From Halorarum halobium (GTDB lineage: Archaea > Halobacteriota > Halobacteria > Halobacteriales > Haloferacaceae): DNA of 64,000 nucleotides. The translations under genes and the position numbers were made by a program. The stretch's first letter is position 1, and every line of letters starts with the position of its first letter. The stretch is taken from the NCBI RefSeq assembly GCF_032116555.1, contig NZ_CP134949.1, positions 1,550,001-1,614,000 on the forward strand, read 5' to 3'. Positions 52,456 to 62,718 of this stretch are shown here, piece by piece. Below the pieces are notes generated by a model. That model saw only the letters and a program-made list of their open reading frames with translations, made no database searches and had not been told where the DNA came from.

Positions 52456-53343
52456 ATGACCGACGTCATCGACGGCAACGCCGTCGCCGCCGAGATCCGC
52501 GAGGGCGTTGCCGGCTGCGTCGACGTGCTCGCGGGCGAGGGGGTTTACCCCGGCCTCGCCACGGTGCTGATGAGCGACGACCCGGCGAGCGAGACGTACG
52601 TCTCCATGAAGCAGCGCGACTGCGAGGAGGTCGGCATCGACGGGATCCACGTCGAGGTCGACTCCGACGCACCGGCCTCGGAGCTGTACGGGACCATCGA
52701 CGGCCTGAACGACGACGACGCCGTCAGCGGCGTCCTCGTCCAGTTACCCCTCCCGGACCACGTCGACGAGCGGGAGGTCGTCCGCCGCATCGACCCCGCG
52801 AAGGACGTGGACGCCTTCCACCCCGAGAACGTCGGGCGGCTCGTCGCGGGCGACTCGCGCTTCAAGCCCTGCACCCCCCACGGCATCCAGCGTCTGCTCG
52901 CCGCGGCGGCCGTCGACCCCGAGGGCAAGGAGGCGGTCGTGGTGGGTCGGTCGGACATCGTCGGCAAACCGATCGCCAACCTGTTGTTCGGCCGCGGGGA
53001 GGGCGGCAACGCGACCACGACCGTCTGTCACTCCCGGACCGCCGACCTCGCGGAACACACCCGGCGCGCGGACGTCGTCGTCGCCGCCGCGGGCGTCCCT
53101 GAGTTCATCACCGGGGACATGCTCACGGCGGGGACGGTGGTCGTCGACGTGGGGATCAATCGGGTCGAACGCGACGGCGAGTCGACGCTCGTCGGCGACG
53201 TCGAGTACGACTCGGCCGCCGAGAAGGCGAGCGCCATCACCCCGGTCCCGGGCGGCGTCGGCCCGATGACCCGCGCGATGTTGCTGTACAACACCGTGAA
53301 GGCCGCGGGGCTGGAGGCCGGCGTGGACGTCCCGCTGCCCTGA
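52456..53343 (+). CDS. folD: Methylene-THF dehydrogenase/cyclohydrolase
   Basis: VQLPLP, KDVD, PCTP, GRSDIVGKP, PVPGGVGPMT. Confidence 0.97.
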   Translation: MTDVIDGNAVAAEIREGVAGCVDVLAGEGVYPGLATVLMSDDPASETYVSMKQRDCEEVGIDGIHVEVDSDAPASELYGTIDGLNDDDAVSGVLVQLPLPDHVDEREVVRRIDPAKDVDAFHPENVGRLVAGDSRFKPCTPHGIQRLLAAAAVDPEGKEAVVVGRSDIVGKPIANLLFGRGEGGNATTTVCHSRTADLAEHTRRADVVVAAAGVPEFITGDMLTAGTVVVDVGINRVERDGESTLVGDVEYDSAAEKASAITPVPGGVGPMTRAMLLYNTVKAAGLEAGVDVPLP

Positions 53344-53371
53344 CGCCGTTCCGGAGCCGTCGTCCTCCCGA

Positions 53372-54079
53372 TCAGTCGTCTTCCAGACCGTCGCGGGCCC
53401 GCTCGAGCGCGTCCGGGTCGTCCGTGATGAGATGCCGGCCGAGTTCGCGCGCGGCCGTCACGAGCGCGTCAGCCTCCGCCGGGTCGACGTCGCCGCCGAG
53501 GGCGTCGATCCGCTTGGCTCGTTCCCGGAGCGACCCGAGCGTGCTCCTGACAGCCGGATCCTGGTCGCCGTCCAGGAACGTCGAAACGTCCGTTCGGTAC
53601 TCCAGAACGGCGGACGCGGCGGCGAGCCCGCGAGCCTCCCGCAGTCGGTCCGGCACGTCCGCGGCGGCCGGTCGCTCGCCGGTGTCGGCCGCGCGGAGCA
53701 GCGCCGTCACGTACCACTCGTCGTCGTCGGTCGGGTCCCTGAGGCGACCGTAGAGGTCGGCTGCCTGTACCAGTTCCTCGGCCGCGAGGTAGGCGTCGTC
53801 GAGCGGCTTGAGCTCGCCGCCGCGGATGAACCCGCGCTTTCGCAGATAGGCGCGACAGGCCCGTTTCACGTCGTCGGTCAACTCGCCCAGCGCCTCCTCG
53901 TCCAGCCGTGCGAGGATCGGGTCGAGTTCGAGTTCCGCGGGTGCGTCCGTGTGCCGCTTCCGTTCGCCGGTCCCGACGCTGCGCATGCTCCCGCACGCGG
54001 GACACTCGACGCTGCCCGTCTCGAAGTAGGACCACCGCGTCCCGCACTCCGTGCACTCGCGCTCGCCGCGGACCTCCAT
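53372..54079 (-). CDS. Zn-ribbon protein (haloarchaeal DUF7117-like)
   Basis: MEVRGERECTECG..WSYFETGSVECPACG. Confidence 0.78.
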   Translation of the reverse strand: MEVRGERECTECGTRWSYFETGSVECPACGSMRSVGTGERKRHTDAPAELELDPILARLDEEALGELTDDVKRACRAYLRKRGFIRGGELKPLDDAYLAAEELVQAADLYGRLRDPTDDDEWYVTALLRAADTGERPAAADVPDRLREARGLAAASAVLEYRTDVSTFLDGDQDPAVRSTLGSLRERAKRIDALGGDVDPAEADALVTAARELGRHLITDDPDALERARDGLEDD

Positions 54080-54245
54080 GTGACTGCGTAGCCGACCCGG
54101 CCCCAAAAACCACCCGTCACCGGACGGGACGGATCTGGCTCGCCGGGCGAGGACCGGCAGATACCCCGTGCGACCGGTCGTTTTATGCCCACGGGGCGTC
54201 CCTCCTCTGGTACCATGCAGACGGATTCCACCCCGTCGGCGGAGG

Positions 54246-54782
54246 ATAGAGGAAGTCGCTCCCGAGCGACTGGTCGAGAAATCGGCCGACGAAACGACTG
54301 AACTCGGGGACGGCCTGGCGGCGACGGCGACCGACGGCACCGTTCTTCTCGAACTCGACGGCACCGAGCGACGGCTCTCGCGCGAGGCCGCGCGAGCGCT
54401 CCGGGACGGACTCGCCGACGCGCTGACGAGGCGACGCGAGTTCCTCCACACCGCCGGCGAACACCGCGAGGACGGCAGCTACGTGGTCGAACGTCGCGCC
54501 GCGGACTCGGCGGGACACAGCAAGGTGTTCGAACGGTTCGAGGCGCTGGAACGACTGTACGGCCGGCTCCCGGAGGAGTTCACGGCCGAGACCGTCGGCC
54601 GGAGCGGTCTGACCGGCGGTCGGCGACACATGCTCGTGCGCCACTTCGTCGAGCACCCCGCGTTCGACTGTGAACTCGTTTCCCGACAGCCCCTGACCGT
54701 CAGGAAGGCCGACCAGCAGCCCGAAGGATCCGAACCGGCGACGGAGCCCGGCACGGAGGAGGTGGACGTCGCCGGCGACTGA
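54246..54782 (+). CDS. Haloarchaeal hypothetical protein (DUF7528-like); start codon uncertain
   Basis: Acidic coding-like frame (REFLHTAGEHREDGSYVVERR, GGRRHMLVRHFVEHPAF); no convincing ATG start. Confidence 0.65.
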   Translation: MEEVAPERLVEKSADETTELGDGLAATATDGTVLLELDGTERRLSREAARALRDGLADALTRRREFLHTAGEHREDGSYVVERRAADSAGHSKVFERFEALERLYGRLPEEFTAETVGRSGLTGGRRHMLVRHFVEHPAFDCELVSRQPLTVRKADQQPEGSEPATEPGTEEVDVAGD

Positions 54783-54894
54783 GCGCCGGGAGGTCGACGG
54801 GTGCGGGCGGTCGGCACGGTCCCGTGCCGGTCGACGTGGCACGGGACGGTCGGCGCGGCGACAACGCTTTGTCGGAACCGGAACATCCTCGCCC

Positions 54895-55809
54895 ATGACG
54901 TTCTCCATCGCGGCGCGGGACCCCGAGACCGACGCCGTCGGCGTCGCCGTCCAGTCGAAGTTCATCGCGGTCGGCTCGGTCGTCCCGTTCGTGAGCGCAG
55001 ACGCCGGGGCCATCGCGACACAGAGTTTCGCCAACGTCGCGTACGGTCCCGACGGGCTATCGCTCATCCGCGAGGGCCGCTCGGCCGGGGAGGTGCTCGA
55101 CCGGCTGATCGAGGGCGACGCGGAGGCGGAATCGAGACAGGTCGGCGTCGTCGGCCAGGACGGCTCGGTCGCGGCCTACACCGGCGAGGAGTGTTTCGAG
55201 TACGCCGGGAGCCGGCAGGGTGAGACGTACACGGTCCAGGGGAACATCCTCGAGAACGAGGCGACGGTGACCGCGATGGCCGAGACGTTCGAGGAGCGAG
55301 GGGAGGACGGTCTCCCGGAACGGCTCATCGCGGCGCTGCACGCGGCCGACGAGGCCGGCGGCGACTCGCGGGGCGAGCAGTCGGCCGCGCTGTACGTCGC
55401 CAAGCCCGACGGGGGGTACGACGGCCGGAACGACCGCTGGGTCGACGTGCGGGTCGACGACCACGGGTCGCCCATCGACGAACTCGAACGGGTGTTCAGA
55501 ATCTACGACGTGACGCTGCTCGAACGGGAGTCGCCCGCCGAGCCGCGCGAACTCGCCGGCGAGGACGCGCTCGGCGTCGCGTCGGCGCTCGCCGACCTCG
55601 GGTTCCACGACGGGTCGCCCTCCGAAACGTTCGGCGACGCGGAGCGGGCGGCCCTTGAGGAGTTCCGCGGGCTGAACAACTTCGAGAACCACTCGCTCGC
55701 CGTGATCGAGGACGCGCTCGCCCGCGGCTGGTCCGATGCGGACGGCGAGGGGGAGGCGCGGCTGTTCGACGCCATCTGGCACGGGCTGTCGAACTACGAC
55801 AGGAAGTGA
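54895..55809 (+). CDS. DUF1028 Ntn-hydrolase-like protein
   Basis: MTFSIAARD, GAIATQ, QGNIL, GGDSRG.QSAAL, RVDDH. Confidence 0.9.
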   Translation: MTFSIAARDPETDAVGVAVQSKFIAVGSVVPFVSADAGAIATQSFANVAYGPDGLSLIREGRSAGEVLDRLIEGDAEAESRQVGVVGQDGSVAAYTGEECFEYAGSRQGETYTVQGNILENEATVTAMAETFEERGEDGLPERLIAALHAADEAGGDSRGEQSAALYVAKPDGGYDGRNDRWVDVRVDDHGSPIDELERVFRIYDVTLLERESPAEPRELAGEDALGVASALADLGFHDGSPSETFGDAERAALEEFRGLNNFENHSLAVIEDALARGWSDADGEGEARLFDAIWHGLSNYDRK

Positions 55810-55845
55810 GGGCGGCGGCTCGGTGGTCGACGGTTCGACGCCGGT

Positions 55846-56286
55846 TCAGCCGCGCTCTTCCAGCAGCTTCCGGATCATCTCGTTCGTCGAGAGCATCTCC
55901 TCCTCGTACTGCGGGTCACGGCCGGTGGCGCGGACGACTTCGGCGTCGAGGCCGCGCTCGTGAAGGGTGTCGCGGATCGCTTCCTCGTCGTGGTGCTGGT
56001 CGAACCCGAGCACGATCACGTCCGGGTCGATCTCGGCGACCGGGACGAAGTAGTCCTCCGTGTGGCCGAGGTGGGCCTCGTCGACGACAGAGAGCGCGGC
56101 GACCACGTCCCGCCGCTGTCGGTCCGGACAGGTCGGCGACGGCTTGTGCGTGACGTTCCCGCCCCGCGAGACGATTACGTGGAGCTCGTCGCCGTGTTCC
56201 GCGGCCTCAGAGAGGTAGTGGAGGTGGCCGGGATGGAGGAGGTCGAACGTCCCCTGGGCCAGCACGCGTCGCGGTTCCTCGCTCAT
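55846..56286 (-). CDS. ribL: FAD synthase (cytidylyltransferase family)
   Basis: [10 protein letters not shown] (HxGH), [10 protein letters not shown]. Confidence 0.88.
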   Translation of the reverse strand: MSEEPRRVLAQGTFDLLHPGHLHYLSEAAEHGDELHVIVSRGGNVTHKPSPTCPDRQRRDVVAALSVVDEAHLGHTEDYFVPVAEIDPDVIVLGFDQHHDEEAIRDTLHERGLDAEVVRATGRDPQYEEEMLSTNEMIRKLLEERG

Positions 56287-56768
56287 TCGTACAGCTCCGC
56301 GTCGATGTCGGACTGATCGAAGTCGAAGAACTCGCTGTCGTCGGGGATCGCGACGTTGAGCACGTCGAGGTCGCGCGGCTCCCCCTTGGAGTCGAACGCC
56401 TTCCAGCAATCGCGCTCGTACGGCGCGCCCATGATGACGTGCACGTCGCCGGCGTGGAACGTCGAGAGATCCTGGTTCGACGGCCGGAGGACGCCGTTCG
56501 GGTGCGAGTGGATCGAACCGACCGCCTTCGCTCCGTTCGGCACGAGGTTCTCGCGGACGGTCGCGCTTTCCGGCGAGGAGGTCGTGCCGGGAATGACGAG
56601 CACGTCGGTGATGACGGTCCCGTCCCGAGCGAGGTTCAACGTCGAGGCGTCGGTTCCACGGAGAAAGCCCATGTACTCGTTCGGGTGGGTTTCGCTGGCC
56701 GCCTCCAGCGCGAACTCGAGGGTCTCGGCCGCGATGCCGAGCACCTCCCCCGACCGGAACAGTCGCAT
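56283..56768 (-). CDS. JAMM/MPN+ metalloprotease (JAMM2-like)
   Basis: HPNE...GSIHSHP....PS..D motif. Confidence 0.92.
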   Translation of the reverse strand: MRLFRSGEVLGIAAETLEFALEAASETHPNEYMGFLRGTDASTLNLARDGTVITDVLVIPGTTSSPESATVRENLVPNGAKAVGSIHSHPNGVLRPSNQDLSTFHAGDVHVIMGAPYERDCWKAFDSKGEPRDLDVLNVAIPDDSEFFDFDQSDIDAELYE

Positions 56769-56867
56769 ACTCACTCGTCGGTTCGGTCGCCTTCTAAGGG
56801 TGTCGATGGCCGCCATCCCGCCGGTCGATAGCCGGGACCCGGCGGGTGGTGATACGCGACTGCGACC

Positions 56868-58067
56868 TCAGTCCCACTGGATCGCCCGCTCGACGGTCGC
56901 CGTGATTCCGTCCGCCCGCTGGATGAGCACCGTCCCGACGATGCTCATCGCGAGCACGTAGCCGACCGCGAACGCCGGTATCACGGTCCCGAGCGCACCG
57001 TCGCCGCCCCCCGCGGCCAGCGCCGCGATGACGAGCGAGAACTCCCCCCGCGGGACGAGGCCGAGACCGACGCGGACCGACCGCGTCGAGTCCAGCCCGT
57101 AGACGTACCCGGCGATGACGCCGCTCGCGAGCTTCCCGGCGGTCGTCAGCACGAGTGCGGCCGCGAGCAGGCCGGCGACGCCCGCGAGCAGCGTCACGTC
57201 GGTGGTCAGCCCGATGGCGAAGAAGAACACGGCGGCGAAGAAGTCCCGCGCCGGCGCGACGACGTGCTCGATGCGTTCGGTGTGGGTCGTCTCGCCGAAC
57301 GCGGTGCCGACGAAGAACGCGGCGACGGCCTCGCTCAGTCCGAACGTCAGCGCCGCGCCGGCGATCAGCGTCGTCACGCCGAGGATCCGCAGCAGGAACA
57401 GTTCGTCCGATCGGGTGGCGAACAACCGCTCGACGTGGGCCCCTCCGTACCAGGCGACGAGTCCGAGCGCGCCGAGGAACGCGAACGCGGTCCCGACCGC
57501 GACCGCGGCCTCCGCGATCGAACCCTCCCCGAACGCGACGACCGAGAGGACGGCGAGGTAGACGGCGATCAGGAGGTCCTCGAACACCAGCGTTCCCAAG
57601 ATCGGTCCGGCCTCGGGGTTGGCGACCCAGCCGTTGTCGATGAGCGACTTGGTGATGACGGCACTGGAGGAGATGTAGACGATGCCGGCCACGAACAGCG
57701 TCTCGACGACGCCGAACCCGAACGCGAGGCCGAGCGCCGCGCCGATGCCGAAGTTCACGAGCAGGTCGACGGCGCCGATGGTCCCAACGCGTCGACTGTC
57801 GTGGAGTAGCTGGCCGATGCTGAACTCCAGCCCGAGGAAGAAGAGGAGGAAGACGATGCCGAGTTCGGCCACGACGTCGATGAACTCGCCGTGCTCGACG
57901 AGCGTCAACGGGACCCCGGCGAGCGACGAGGGCGGGTTCGGCCCGATGAGGATCCCGACGAGGATGTAGGCGGGAATGACCGAGAGGCCCACCCTGTGGG
58001 CGAGGCCGCCGGCGACGGCGATGGCCGTCAGCGCGATGCCGATCTCGACGAGGATGGGGGTCGCCAT
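56868..58067 (-). CDS. CPA2 cation:proton antiporter (KhtU-like)
   Basis: LFFLGLE, SSSAV, FEDL, PRGEFS. Confidence 0.92.
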   Translation of the reverse strand: MATPILVEIGIALTAIAVAGGLAHRVGLSVIPAYILVGILIGPNPPSSLAGVPLTLVEHGEFIDVVAELGIVFLLFFLGLEFSIGQLLHDSRRVGTIGAVDLLVNFGIGAALGLAFGFGVVETLFVAGIVYISSSAVITKSLIDNGWVANPEAGPILGTLVFEDLLIAVYLAVLSVVAFGEGSIAEAAVAVGTAFAFLGALGLVAWYGGAHVERLFATRSDELFLLRILGVTTLIAGAALTFGLSEAVAAFFVGTAFGETTHTERIEHVVAPARDFFAAVFFFAIGLTTDVTLLAGVAGLLAAALVLTTAGKLASGVIAGYVYGLDSTRSVRVGLGLVPRGEFSLVIAALAAGGGDGALGTVIPAFAVGYVLAMSIVGTVLIQRADGITATVERAIQWD

Positions 58068-58073
58068 CCGGCC

Positions 58074-58565
58074 CTACGTTTCCCCGTCCGCTTTCGCCAG
58101 TCCCGCGAACGCCGTCTGCTGTTCCCTGTCGCCGAGCGTCACCAGGATGTCGCCCGACGCGATGGAGAACTCCGGTTTCGGGTTCGCGATCGTCTCGCCG
58201 CCGCGCTGGACCGCGATGACCGACACGCCGGTCCGTTCCCGGACGTTCGCGTCGTGGAGCGACCGCCCGACGAGCGGCGAGGACTCGTCGATCTCGACCC
58301 ACTCGATGATCGACTCCCCGAGCGGGACCTGGATGTCGTCCATCTCGACCGGCTGGAAGTAGGCACCCTCCAGGATCGAGCCGAGCTGGCGGGCGCGCTT
58401 GCCCGAGAGGCTGAACAGCTTCCGGCTGTCCGCGTCCTCGCTGGGACGGAGGTACACCTCGCGGTTCCCGTCGTGGTGGATGAGGACGATGAGCCGTTCC
58501 TCCTTCTCCAGTTCGAGTTCGAACTTGTGGCCGACGCCGGGGACCTCCGTCTCGTACACCGTCAT
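58074..58565 (-). CDS. Antiporter regulatory subunit with TrkA-C domain (KhtT-like)
   Basis: ETEVPGVG.KF; RTGVSVIAV.RG...NP. Confidence 0.9.
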   Translation of the reverse strand: MTVYETEVPGVGHKFELELEKEERLIVLIHHDGNREVYLRPSEDADSRKLFSLSGKRARQLGSILEGAYFQPVEMDDIQVPLGESIIEWVEIDESSPLVGRSLHDANVRERTGVSVIAVQRGGETIANPKPEFSIASGDILVTLGDREQQTAFAGLAKADGET

Positions 58566-58802
58566 GTGACTGGCATCGTGTGCGACGGATGAAAAACTAG
58601 CACGGCCCCCGATCGACCGTCGGCCCCCTCAGGTGACCGGAGCGATCGGGAGATCGGATCGGTCGGACAGTCTAACGATCGAAAAGCCGGATCAACCGGA
58701 CAGCCTCGCGATCGGGAGACCGGATTCATCGGGCGATCGGACCCGTCGAGCGGTCGGGGGCAGATTACAAGCCTTATACACGGCCTCGCCGTACTCGGTT
58801 CC

Positions 58803-60710
58803 ATGACCGATGCTTCCGCCGGGGGTTCCGGCGACCACCGGGACGATTCGAGTCCCGTCGTCCACGAGCTCGCGTCCGAGTGTACGCTCTCGGACGTCGA
58901 GGTCGGCAACCGATATCACGCGACCGTCAACGGCGTCGTCGAGTACGGCGTCTTCGTCGACGTCTCGGCGAACGTCTCCGGGCTCGTCCACGAGTCCAAC
59001 CTGAACGGCGAGTCCTTCTCGGTCGGCGACGACCTCGTCGTCGTCCTCGAGGAAGTCAAGGAGAACGGCGACGTCTCGTTCGGGCTCGCCCCGTCTGACG
59101 ACTACGAGACCGTCCCCGTCGAGCACGAACCCGACATCACGACCGTCTCCCGTCTCCAGATCGGCCGCGAGGTGACCGTCGAGGGTGAGGTCGTGCAGAT
59201 CAAACAGACCGGCGGCCCGACGATCTTCCACGTCGGCGACGAGACCGGCATCGTCGCCGCTGCCGCGTTCGAGGAGGCGGGCGTCCGCGCCTACCCCGAG
59301 ATCGAGGTCGGCGAGCTCGTCCGAATCTCCGGGTCCGCCGAGCAGCACGACGGGGCGCTCCAGCTCGAAGCCGACGACGTGACCCGGCTCGAGGGGGAAG
59401 CGGCCAGCGAGACCCGGGGCCGACTCGACGAGACGCTCGTGGACCGCGCCGAACCGGAGTCGGTCGAGCCGCTCGTCGAGTGGGAGGCCTTCGAGAAGCT
59501 CCGCCCGGGCCTCGAAGACGTGGCCCGACTCCTCCGCCGGACCGTCCTCGAGGGGCGGCCGATCCGCATCCGCCACCACGCCGACGGCGACGGGATGTGC
59601 GCCGCGATCCCCGTCCAGCTCGCGCTGGAGAACTTCATCCGGTCGGTCCACGCGGACTCCGAGGCGGCGCTCCACCACCTGAAACGGCTGCCCAGCAAGG
59701 CCCCGTTCTACGAGATGGAGGACGTGACGCGCGACCTGAACTTCGCGCTGGAGGGCCGCGCGCGACACGGGCAGAAGCTCCCGTTCCTCCTGATGCTCGA
59801 CAACGGGTCGACCGAGGAGGACGTGCCCGCGTACAAGAACCTCGCCCACTACGACATGCCGATCGCGGTCGTCGACCACCACCACCCGGACCCCGACGCC
59901 GTCGAGGACCTGCTCGACGCCCACGTCAACCCGTACCTCCACGACGAGGACTACCGCATCACGACGGGGATGATGTGTGTCGAACTCGCGCGGATGATCG
60001 ACCCGGACGTGACCGACGACCTCCAGCACGTCCCGGCCGTGGCCGGGCTCTCGGACCGCTCGAAGGCGGAGGTCATGGCCGACTTCGTCGAGCTGGCAGG
60101 CACGGCCGGCTACGACCGCGAGCAGCTCGAGGACGTCGGCGAAGCTCTCGATTACGCGGCCCACTGGCTCCGCTACAGCGAGGGCAAGACGCTCGTGAAC
60201 GACGTGTTGAACGTCGGCAGCGAGGACGAAACGCGCCACGAGGAGCTCGTCGACTTCCTCGCGGAGCGCGCCGAACGGGACGTGAACGAGCAGCTCGACG
60301 CGGTCGAACCCCACGTCGAACACGAGACGCTCGAGTCCGACGCACATCTCTACAGCGTCGATCTCGAGCGGTTCGCCCACCGGTTCACCTACCCCGCGCC
60401 GGGCAAGACGACCGGCGAACTCCACGACCGGAAGGTCCACGAACACGGCGAACCCGTCATCACGATCGGCTACGGCCCCGACTTCGCCGTCCTCCGGTCG
60501 GACGGCGTTCGGCTCGACATCCCGCAGATGGTCACCGAACTGAACGAGGAAGTCGTCGGCGGGGGCGTCTCCGGCGGCGGCCACCTCGTCGTCGGATCCA
60601 TCAAGTTCGTGAAGGGCCGTCGCGAGGACGTCATCGACGCGCTGGTCGAGAAGATGGGCGAGGCGGACATCGACGAGGAGCTCTCGACGACGGTCTCCAT
60701 CGGCGAGTAG
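58803..60710 (+). CDS. RecJ-like S1/OB-fold DHH phosphoesterase, intact active site (RecJ3-like)
   Basis: HHADGDG, LDNGST, VDHH, SGGGH motifs. Confidence 0.9.
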   Translation: MTDASAGGSGDHRDDSSPVVHELASECTLSDVEVGNRYHATVNGVVEYGVFVDVSANVSGLVHESNLNGESFSVGDDLVVVLEEVKENGDVSFGLAPSDDYETVPVEHEPDITTVSRLQIGREVTVEGEVVQIKQTGGPTIFHVGDETGIVAAAAFEEAGVRAYPEIEVGELVRISGSAEQHDGALQLEADDVTRLEGEAASETRGRLDETLVDRAEPESVEPLVEWEAFEKLRPGLEDVARLLRRTVLEGRPIRIRHHADGDGMCAAIPVQLALENFIRSVHADSEAALHHLKRLPSKAPFYEMEDVTRDLNFALEGRARHGQKLPFLLMLDNGSTEEDVPAYKNLAHYDMPIAVVDHHHPDPDAVEDLLDAHVNPYLHDEDYRITTGMMCVELARMIDPDVTDDLQHVPAVAGLSDRSKAEVMADFVELAGTAGYDREQLEDVGEALDYAAHWLRYSEGKTLVNDVLNVGSEDETRHEELVDFLAERAERDVNEQLDAVEPHVEHETLESDAHLYSVDLERFAHRFTYPAPGKTTGELHDRKVHEHGEPVITIGYGPDFAVLRSDGVRLDIPQMVTELNEEVVGGGVSGGGHLVVGSIKFVKGRREDVIDALVEKMGEADIDEELSTTVSIGE

Positions 60711-60712
60711 CC

Positions 60713-62350
60713 TCACGCGAACTCGAGTTTCCGATGGGCGTACAGGATCGCCCCGGCGACGATACCGACCGCCGCCAGGAGGAACGACCGCGGGACCGTC
60801 CCGCTGCCGGCCCGCCAGTCGGCGGCGAACACGCGCCGGTAGTACTCGGCGACGGTGTCTCCCCGTAACGCGACTGCGACCTCCCTGTTCTCACGGGTGC
60901 TCGTCGGGTTCCAGTTCAGCGAACCCACGACCGCCACGTCGTCGGCGACCACGCCCTTCGCGTGAATCTTCCCGTACCGGCCCGCAGGCTCGGCCAGCCG
61001 CGCCTCGAACGGGACGCCCGTTCGCTCGGCCCAGTCGTTGAGATTGCTGGCGAGGGCCGCGTTCTCCTCCTGGACGTACCACGCGTTCGACAGCAGCAGC
61101 CGAACCTCGACGCCCCGTCCGGCAGCCCTGCGCGTCGCGGCCAGCATCGGTCCGTCCTCGACCGTGGGCTGGATGACGTCGACCCGGTCTGTCGCCCGGT
61201 CGATGACCCGAACGACGCCGGATTCGGCGTTGCCCGGGGCCGTCAGGACGGTAACGTTCCGGACTTCGACGGTTCCCGGCGCGAACCGTTCCGGGTAGCT
61301 GTTCGGCTCCGACTCGGCGTCGGTGAACTTCCGTCCCCGCCGGTACTCGGACCACGATCGGGCGTCCCGCCATCCGGCGTCGTTGCGAAACACCGATGCG
61401 AGTTCGTCGGCCGCGGCCGACGAGTCGATGCGGACGCCCCAGCCGCGGCTGTCGGCCCCTCCGGTGCCGGAGGGTTTCCAGTTCTCGGTCATGACGAGCG
61501 CGCCGTCGTCGACGACCGCGTACTTCGGGTGGTGGTAACGGAACCTCGCCGCCGGCCCGCCCAGAACCTGCACGTCGACGTCGGCGGCGACGAGGCGGTC
61601 GAGGAGGGTCGCCTGTCGCACGCTGATCCCGCCGACCGGCGCGTCGTCGACGAGGACGCGAACTCGGACGCCACGCTGGGCGGCGGCAACGAGCGCATCG
61701 GCCACGCGTTCTGAGCCGAACGTGTAGCCGGCTAGCAGGATCCGGTGCTCGGCGCGGCGAATCGTCTCCGCGGGCACTTCCGGCGCGTCCGGAAGGACGA
61801 ACGCGGTCGCGGTCGCGCTTCCGACCGGCGTCGCGGATCGAGGATCGTAGCCGAGCGGTCGCCAGACCGGATCGGCACCGCGGAGCCACCGTTCCCCCTC
61901 CGGTGCCGTCCCGTACTCCGCGGAGTCGACGGTTCGATTCGGTGCGGTTCCGGGGTGAAGCGACAGCCGTTCGCCCGAGTTCGCGAGCGAGAGGGACGCG
62001 GGGAGGACGTGTCCCACGGTCCCGTTCGGGAGTGCGTCGGGTGCGTCCGTGAGGACGACCTGTCCCGGCCGGCCGCGGACGGTGACGGTCGATTCGCCGT
62101 CGCTGATCGTCCAGTTGCCGTCCGGGAGCGAGAGGCGGACGTACTCGCCGCGGTCGTTCTCGGTCGGCGGGTTGGGGTAGAGTTCGACGATTCGGGGGTC
62201 GACGCTCGTCGCGTTCTCGGGGTCGGCCGAGCGATGTGAGCCGTCGGTTGGCCGATCCGAGGATTGTTCCTGTGGCACTGCAGCGACCGGTGCGGCCGCT
62301 GCACAGAGCAGCGCTACCACCACGATCGCCCGCGAGACGGCAGCCGGCAC
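60713..62350 (-). CDS. Phospholipase D-family protein with signal peptide and C-terminal TM anchor
   Basis: Two HKD motifs (HPKYAVVD, HAKGVVAD), GSLNW, NRE; N-terminal lamin-tail-like region. Confidence 0.88.
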   Translation of the reverse strand: MPAAVSRAIVVVALLCAAAAPVAAVPQEQSSDRPTDGSHRSADPENATSVDPRIVELYPNPPTENDRGEYVRLSLPDGNWTISDGESTVTVRGRPGQVVLTDAPDALPNGTVGHVLPASLSLANSGERLSLHPGTAPNRTVDSAEYGTAPEGERWLRGADPVWRPLGYDPRSATPVGSATATAFVLPDAPEVPAETIRRAEHRILLAGYTFGSERVADALVAAAQRGVRVRVLVDDAPVGGISVRQATLLDRLVAADVDVQVLGGPAARFRYHHPKYAVVDDGALVMTENWKPSGTGGADSRGWGVRIDSSAAADELASVFRNDAGWRDARSWSEYRRGRKFTDAESEPNSYPERFAPGTVEVRNVTVLTAPGNAESGVVRVIDRATDRVDVIQPTVEDGPMLAATRRAAGRGVEVRLLLSNAWYVQEENAALASNLNDWAERTGVPFEARLAEPAGRYGKIHAKGVVADDVAVVGSLNWNPTSTRENREVAVALRGDTVAEYYRRVFAADWRAGSGTVPRSFLLAAVGIVAGAILYAHRKLEFA

Positions 62351-62420
62351 GGGAGTGCTGGTCCCGTTTCAGTACAAGAAGCTTCGGTGCGCTTTTGCCC
62401 CCTCACGTCGGGGGCCGGGT

Positions 62421-62660
62421 ATGGTCACGCTCGCAACGGGAGTGCGACTCGCCGGGGCCGCGCTCGGCGCGATCGGGGGCATGCTCGTGTTCATCGAGTT
62501 CATGCAGTTACCCTCGTACGTCGAGTACCGCGCGGACGTCGACAGCTACGACCTCAACATCGCACCGCAGGAGCTCCGGGAACACACCTGGATGGGCCGC
62601 GTCGGCGGACTGCTCGTCGGCAGCGGGTTCGCGTTGCTGTTCCTCGGCGAACTGCTGTAG
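62421..62660 (+). CDS. Small 2-TM membrane protein
   Basis: 79 aa; two hydrophobic segments flanking an acidic loop. Confidence 0.65.
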   Translation: MVTLATGVRLAGAALGAIGGMLVFIEFMQLPSYVEYRADVDSYDLNIAPQELREHTWMGRVGGLLVGSGFALLFLGELL

Positions 62661-62718
62661 TTACGAAACACGACGAGCCGTTCCCGCCCGGACCCCGAAG
62701 ATCGAACCCGCGTCAGTT

